From NCBI GenBank assembly GCA_951406725.2, contig OX597841.1, positions 20,026,001 through 20,090,000 of the forward strand: 64,000 nucleotides of DNA. The letters run 5' to 3'. A model generated the notes under the pieces. The model was not told the origin of the DNA. It saw nothing but the letters and a program-made list of their open reading frames with translations, and searched no databases. The position numbers and the translations under genes are program-made. The stretch comes from Octopus vulgaris. Taxonomy: Eukaryota. Below are positions 57,501-64,000 of this stretch, in pieces (position 1 is the stretch's first letter; every line of letters starts with the position of its first letter).

Positions 57501-57712
57501 CTTTGTTTATACATACATACGTACGTATGTATAAAAAAAGGGTAAAGATCCCTTTGTATGTGTGTGTGTGTGTGTGTGTGTGCATGCATGTATAAATGTA
57601 TGTATGTATAAATGTAGTTAATCCAAATATGAAAACAGAAAGAGAAAACACAACGTGAGGACGTGGAACAAGTATAGTATTATTGGACGCTCAGGAATGG
57701 AAAGAAAGGAGG

Positions 57713-57747
57713 ATTTAACGTTTCGAGCGGAGCTCTTCGTCAGAAAC
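57713..57747 (-). ncRNA. Minimal type I hammerhead with intact core in short PLE-like element 57616-57808
   Basis: Minus strand GTTT-CTGACGA-A-GAGC-TCC-GCTC-GAAA-CG-TT-AAAT; palindromic AACGTT stem III (dimer type). Confidence 0.8.
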
Positions 57748-58341
57748 ATAGGAATAGGAAAGGGAAGACGGAGGAAAAAAAATCGCCAACAGTACACACG
57801 TGGTCACATTTTGAATGTATATATGTATATATGTTCGTTTGTTTGTTCTCTTCTGTTTTTAATTATTTAAATTCTTCGTTTATTTAAATTCATTCCATTG
57901 TTGGAATGCAGATTACAAAAAACAAAGTCACATTTGAAACTTGAGAAAAGTCTAGCCTGGCCTTTCTCTTCCATTTACAGATGGTATTTGTAATATGCAA
58001 ATCAGTTGATTTCTTTTTGTGAAAATCTAAGCTTGTCCAGAGTAACAGTTATGTAAGTATGCATGGGAGGGCTTAATCTGCAAGTTGGTTGGCAGCCTGA
58101 CCAGACATGGTAAATTAGAGGGTCACATTTCAGTTGGTGAAGCCAGGCAACAGACGGTTCAAATGTTGCATCTGTGAATACACTTGAAGAATGGAAGCTG
58201 GGCCTAAGAACCACCTGCATGCACATGGTGATGCAAAATTCAATGAAGGGATAACATACGTTTGACACGGAGCAACTGACACACACACATATATACACAT
58301 ATATATATACATAGGCATACACTTATGTATACACATATATT

Positions 58342-58385
<44 letters not shown>

Positions 58386-59156
58386 AGTTGAAGGCCACTC
58401 TTCACTGCTCCACTGACCCAAATCCCTGGGAGACAATCATCAAGGACGGCCCAAAGAGACAGCATCACTGAGGGAATGGACGAGATGGAAAATAACAGAC
58501 ATCAAGAGGCAAAAAGACGCAAAAAGCAACTCGTACTCCCTCATCCCCTGCCATGATAAATTCCCCCAGTTCTTCTATTCCCATTCTTGGCTGGAATAGC
58601 CACCTCAGCCACCGGCACCCTTCGCAGTCATCAGGGCAAAGAAGTTCAATCATTTGCTACAGATTTGCTACTCAAATACGAGTTAATGCCAATGCGACAA
58701 TATATACATACATTGATATATGCACACACACACACACACACACACACACGTGTGTGTGTGTATATGTATGTATATATCATCATCATAATCATCACTGTTT
58801 AACGTCTGCCTTCCATGCTGGCATGGATTGGACAGTTTGGCAGGAGCTGGCCAGGCAGGAGCTGGCCAGGTAGGAGCTGGCCAGGTAGGAGCTGGCCAGG
58901 CAGGAGACTGCACCAGACTTCTGTGTCTGTGTCTGTCTGTGTGTGTGTGTGTGTGTGTGTATCTCTTTCATCTTTTACGTGTTTCAGTTTCTGGATGGAG
59001 AGGATGGCAACTGATGAGGCAGAGAGCAAGATGAGGCAAGCAAGACATCTTGGTCACCCACTGCATCCGTCTCCATCATGCCCTGGTTTTGCTTCTGGAT
59101 CAAAGATGATCACAGAAAGGAGAGTAAGGGTCGCTTGTGCACAACAATTCACTTAA

Positions 59157-59597
59157 CCCTTTAGCATTTAAGCCAGCCATGCCCAGCCCAAATATTCTGC
59201 CTCTATTTTATGCTCAAACTGGCTAGATCTGACCTCTCACACCTAGCCTGCAATGTCATTCCAAAACTAAACAATCACATCATCAAAACCTCAAAGCTAC
59301 AAGATAATGCTTGCTTAATTCAAAACAATGTGAATAAATAATCATTATGAGACGGGGTTGAAAAGTCCCTGGCTTTAAGGGTCTCAGAAAAGGCCTGGTT
59401 GAAAACCCAACCCTCTGAGCTCAGAGAATACTGAAGGACTGCTGCAACAAGTGTGTGAACTTGAGAGGGGAAGAATATGTTGGATAACATCATAATTAAC
59501 TGATCCTCCTCTATTCTCTCTTTTACCCGAAGCCAGGAACCTTTCAGTGCCCCTTTCTACATGTAATGGTCTAATTTGAATGCTGCCAAAGGCCTAA
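59157..59597. mobile_element. piggyBac-like MITE containing a nested deleted mariner (~59348-59556)
   Basis: TTAA-CCCTTTAGCATT left end and degenerate AATGCTGCCAAAGG right end; inner TIRs GGGGTTGAAAAGTCCCTGGCTT / AAGCCAGGAACCTTTCAGTGCCCC with an NKCVNLRGE transposase tail. Confidence 0.6.
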
Positions 59598-59685
59598 AAC
59601 AAAGTCACCAAGCAAGTCATCAGTTATCCTTGAGAACAACCAGATGGTCCTTGTCACTCCCATGGTTGTAAAACAAACTTCTTAC

Positions 59686-59706
59686 CTGCGAAACCATGCT
59701 TGCAAC
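59686..59706 (-). other. Candidate 21-nt micro-exon of an unidentified host gene
   Basis: Minus strand long T-tract...TTGTTAG|GTTGCAAGCATGGTTTCGCAG|GTAAGA in non-repetitive sequence. Confidence 0.45.
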
Positions 59707-60239
59707 CTAACAAAACAAAAAAAAAACACAACACTATTTCAAATGTAATAGCTTTAATGATATTTATAAAAAAGAAAAACATTTAAAAAAGAACAACAAC
59801 ATACTAAAACAAATAAACAAACAAGGTTGACGTTATTTGCCAAAGTTATTGATTCTTGCACAACACATGAAAGACTGTTAAAGCAGCTTTAGATGACCCG
59901 TCACTTCGTCAACAAGGCTGGAAGGACCTGGAAAGAGCGACAAGATATTGTTAGATAAACCCTAATATTGATTTCAATTTTTGGCACAAGGCCAGCAATT
60001 TCATGGGAAGGATAGATTGATTAGATCAACCACAGAGATCAACTGGTACATGTTTTAGCAATCCCAAACGGAAAAAAGGCAAAGTCAACCTCAGCAGAAT
60101 TTGAACTCAAAACATGAAAATGGATGAAATGATGCCAAGCATTTTGCCCAGCATGCTAACAATTCTGCCAGCTTGCCACCTTAGATAAGCCCTAACATTA
60201 TCATCCATAATTAATGCTTTAAACCATACTGTAATTATT

Positions 60240-61430
60240 AACTTGTAAATAGATGGCCATGCTATGTAAACGAAATGTTGGATACACCTATACCTGAATG
60301 TTGAAAAAGTTCACCTTACAATCTTGAGAGCTCAGGTTAAACCCCATTCTATGCAATATCTGTTGACCCGTTTTCATTTGCCTGGTAAACAGGACTGGAA
60401 AACAATTTTGAGAGGATGTGTTCAGTTGTGGCTTAGAGCAGGGACATAGCTTTTGCTTCCCAACTACTTCTGGGTTCAGTCTATTACATAGTACCTTGGC
60501 CAAGTGTCTCCTACTAAAGCTCCAGCCTGGCCAAAGCCTTAATGCTGGTTTTTCTGTGACAGACAGAATCTGATCTTGTCTCAAAGCAAAACCCATTGGT
60601 GATTTTCCTTTCCTCAAAACCATGCACCAGGACTTTGCATATCTGAAACTCATTTGTGCAAATGCCACAGGCTTCTCTAGTTTCCAGAGATTCTTCTTAA
60701 CTACCTGCTCTGTTGTACGAGGAATTCCTCCATGAAGGTGTTGATGGGTGGTTGCACTCTTGTCTTGCTGCAGACCACAGTACTCCTTCTCTGCTCACCT
60801 GACTAGCATATTCATTACTAATTGTTGGTAGCAGTCAGATGTCGGCTGACCAGAGGAAACCCTCAACCTGAACTTGCTGTATTGCAACTTCAACCAACTT
60901 GTGTGACATCAAGCAACAGGCATTAGCCAGACCTAGCCATAGTGCAACCAAGGCCCCTCTTTTCTTGACATGCCTCCCTAATAAACTGGGTCACCAAGTC
61001 TGTTGTCCAAGGCAACCAGAGACTCCTGAAATGCCTCCCTTCTCTACAGACATGTCAACATAGCTATTGTTCAGCTGAAAGCTAGAGTCTCTTCGATACA
61101 ATGTTGAAGAAAATCTTATAAGACACGAAACTGACCAATATTTTCAGCTCACTTCCCTTTGGGTTGCAGACATATTTTGCAGACATTTTGGGGCAGCTGA
61201 TGATAATGTGGGTGATATCTTCCACATTAGTATAGCAGAGCCAACATCTTTTATCACAATGTGGAGGTTTGGTAGTATCTTTGTCCCTCTTGTTTACCAG
61301 ATATTTGGTAGGTATCTCTTGTTCCTGGTTAGAGAAGGCGTAGCCAGGGAGGTAATGTATCTGTTGTAGGTCCAGGTGAGGCTCTCGTTGTTATCCACCA
61401 GCTTATGAGATATGCACCCAAGCATTGCTT
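60240..61430 (-). pseudogene. R2-group (Hero/NeSL-like) non-LTR RT remnant, interrupted by a SINE fragment at ~60430-60540
   Basis: FFNIVSKRL, VALWLGLANA and FAQMSFRYAKSWCMVLRKGK...VTEKP patterns. Confidence 0.65.
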
Positions 61431-61484
61431 TACGCATGCATGCATATACATACATAGATACATGCACACACACACACACATGGG

Positions 61485-61702
61485 AAGTTGTAGAAGAAAA
61501 GTTACCTTCTCAAGTTATGCCAACAAATAAGAGGTGGTTTCCCAGTTTCCATGGAATAAAAATTCCCTACATGGACAGGACACCGGTCTGTTGCGGGATT
61601 ACTCCTTTTTGCCAGCTGAGTGGATTGGAGCAACATGAAGTGAAGTGTCTTGCTCAAGAACACAATGTGTTGCCTGGTACAGAAATTGCAACCACAATCT
61701 TA
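61485..61702 (-). mobile_element. CORE-like SINE with a third tail type
   Basis: Reverse complement has TTCTTGAGCAAGACACTTCACTTCATGTTGCTCCAATCCACTCAGCTGG followed by a different tail. Confidence 0.65.
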
Positions 61703-62330
61703 TAATTTCAACATGAAATACGAAAACATTTGTTTTCGTATTTCATGTTGTTTACTGTTGGTGACGTCCTGTACCCATATATACATTTGTATTACACTAT
61801 TGTATGACTGAGCACCTTCGCATCGATTCGATTCGATTCGTTTCATTTCATTTCCTCTTCTTCTCCCAGTACAGTTTTTATATATAATTATGACGCGAAA
61901 CCCTATACCTCTTTGCTTAACCTTCCCTTCTCTCCCTTTCTCTCTCTCTCTCACTCCTCCTCATCTCTCTCACAACCGTTTGTCTTCCTCTATCTCTCTC
62001 TCTCTCTCTCACTCCTCCTCTCTCTCTCTCACAGCCGGCCAAATACTTCCTTTTGCATGCGGCCTTCTAATTGTAAATACACGGTACTCTTGCGCTCCTT
62101 GAATCTCTCCTCCTCCAGGCAAAAAAGGTCCTCTTTGGTTGTTTTCTTGTGTGTTTTTATTTCTTGTATTGTATTTTTTCGTAATTGTATTTTTATTTTG
62201 TATTTTATTTCGTATTTTATTTTGTAATTTTATTTGTATCGTTTTTACGTCCTGTTTGTGTCACATTTTGTTCTTTCCTTGTTTTTACCCCTCTGCGAAG
62301 TAATTTCCTTTAATTTCTTCGCAGGAAGGG

Positions 62331-62406
62331 CTAGTTCGACGAGTCGTGTTCTGTCCTCACCTTCGAAACACGCTGGAGTTGAACTAGGGACAGCTGATGA
62401 AGGGGA
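62331..62406 (+). ncRNA. Non-circularly permuted (pseudoknotted) hammerhead motif, copy 1
   Basis: CGTGT-T-CTGTCCT ... CTTC-GAAA-CACG ... GGGACAG-CTGATGA-A-GGGG; outer helix CTAGTTCGAC/GTTGAACTAG. Confidence 0.78.
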
Positions 62407-63132
62407 TTTTTCCTTGTGTAGTTTGTCTAGTACTCTGTTTTTTCTTTGTTAAAAAAAGGTTCGTTCCATGCTTGTTTTTACGTTTTCGTTCTTGTTGAGT
62501 TCTACGTATATATATTTATATATGCATGTATATATACATGTAGATGTAGGTACGTACATATATGTATGTATGTATGCATATATTTTATTTATTACACTAT
62601 TGTATGACTGAGCGCCTTCGCGTCGATTCGTTCTGTTTCTTCTTCTTCTCCCAGTACAGTTTTTATATATATATATATGTGTGCATATATATATTATTTA
62701 TATTATTATTTGATTGAACGCCACACATCCATTTCCAAGTAAGTTTATCTTGACTTTTTGATGTGAATCTACCCTATACTGTTCTCTCGCCCTATCGTTT
62801 TCTCTTTCATCCTTTCTCTAATTCCCTTCTTTCTCCCCTTCACCGTTTTCTATCTGTCTCTCTCTCTCCCCTCTTTCTCCTTTACTCTCTCACTGCTCAC
62901 ACGTGACCATCATCCATTTTTCTTTTTCTCATGTGATCATCTTTCTTTTCTTTCAGGGCTGTTCTAAGGACTGGACATATCCTATCTCTCTCTTCATCCT
63001 TTCTCTTGTCAAAGAAAGTATTTCTCCAGCATTCGCTATTTTACCCTCTCCATGTTGGTTTTCCTTCGGTTTCCTTGTATGTCTCCACTGTCCTGTTTTT
63101 GTTCCCAACTTTGACCCTCCATAAATTTACAT

Positions 63133-63493
63133 ATGCAAATATGGGTACAGGACGTCACCAACAGTAAACAACATGAAATACGGAAGCAAATGAGTTGAAT
63201 AGATAAACAAGAGAAACAAATGGAAAACGGCAGGTAACATAAAGAATGACCCTTCATCAGTGTCCCAAATTTTATTTTGGCGCATTATGGGAGCAACTGT
63301 CTTTGAAGACTCATATTGTTGGTCAATACTCGAAATGAGGAGTAGATAGACAGCCGACAACTGATGAAGGGTCGTCCTTTATGTTACTTGTTCTGTTTTC
63401 CATTTGTTTCTCTCGTTGTTTGCATATTGGACTCATTTGTTTTCAGATTTCATGTTGTTTACTGTTGGTGACGTCCTGTACCCATATATGCAT
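63133..63493. repeat. ~130-bp diverged inverted repeat (63133-63264 / 63356-63493), PLE-type foldback
   Basis: Arms are reverse-complementary; the terminal part recurs at 61731-61782 behind a perfect 20-bp hairpin at 61709-61750. Confidence 0.9.
63297..63372 (+). ncRNA. Non-circularly permuted (pseudoknotted) hammerhead motif, copy 2
   Basis: CTCAT-A-TTGTTGG ... ACTC-GAAA-TGAG ... CCGACAA-CTGATGA-A-GGGT; outer helix CTGTCT/AGACAG. Confidence 0.82.
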
Positions 63494-63495
63494 TA

Positions 63496-63533
63496 TCTTT
63501 CTGTTGAAGAGCGTAGGCTCGAAACGTTAAAGA
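63496..63533 (+). ncRNA. Minimal hammerhead-like motif with variant core (CTGTTGA) in a PLE terminus ending at (TA)n near 63662
   Basis: TCTTT-CTGTTGA-A-GAGC-GTAG-GCTC-GAAA-CG-TT-AAAGA. Confidence 0.62.
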
Positions 63534-63661
63534 CTTGTTTTATTTATATTTCCTGAGCGCCATACTAATACAATTGTTTGTTTGTATTCCACCTGCCTTC
63601 GTCTTTTGTTTATTTCCGTAAACCTGCCTTCGTCTTTTGTCTATTTTCATAAAGCTTCCCG

Positions 63662-63697
<36 letters not shown>

Positions 63698-63700
<3 letters not shown>

Positions 63701-63855
63701 GTTGGCGTTAGGAAGGGCATCCAGCTGTAGAAACACTGCCAGATCTGACTGGCCTGGTGCAGCCTTCGGGCTTCCCAGACCCCAGTTGAACCGTCCAACC
63801 CATGCTAGCATGGAAAGCGGACGTTAAACGATGATGATGATGATGATGATGATGA

Positions 63856-63858
<3 letters not shown>
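63698..63858 (+). mobile_element. RTE 3' end inserted in (TA)n
   Basis: GTGGTTGGCGTTAGGAAGGGC...(GAT)n. Confidence 0.88.
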
Positions 63859-63892
<34 letters not shown>

Positions 63893-64000
63893 AATAATGA
63901 GGGAGATAAATTGAATATTAATTTAATTAATATCAATTTAAAACCAGTAGCCTAGCATACAAAAATCTGAAAAATCAGAGAAAATTCCAATATATGTGTA

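Noticed and set aside
58851-58903. 15-bp tandem repeat CAGGAGCTGGCCAGG (about 3.5 copies)
   Set aside because: Local slippage inside an old RTE 3' fragment with no further signal.
59005-59060. CTGATGA hammerhead half-core at ~59011
   Set aside because: No correctly placed GAAA strand or supporting stems found on either side.

Overview
AT-rich, microsatellite-saturated eukaryotic DNA made almost entirely of nested transposable-element debris. The SINE and LINE families look like those of octopus or another coleoid cephalopod; this is inferred from repeat style only. No intact host gene is visible. The only host-gene candidate is a 21-nt minus-strand micro-exon at 59686-59706, so the window is probably a giant intron or intergenic. 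Contents: RTE, CR1/L2-group, Tx1/L1 and Hero/R2-group LINE remnants (including a near-intact CR1-like ORF2 with one stop), Penelope-like element (PLE) RT and GIY-YIG fragments, mariner, pogo/Tigger, hAT-, piggyBac- and Helitron-type DNA elements, three tRNA-SINE families, and a 6.1-kb 37-bp minisatellite that produces the spurious >2000-aa ORFs. The most notable signal is RNA structure. About ten ordinary type-I hammerhead ribozyme (HHR) motifs sit in PLE termini. Two further motifs (62331-62406 and 63297-63372) differ in sequence but both carry all hammerhead core elements in a NON-circularly permuted, pseudoknotted order, with fully covarying stems and an identical 14-nt linker. Ribozyme activity is inferred from base pairing read by eye and is untested.
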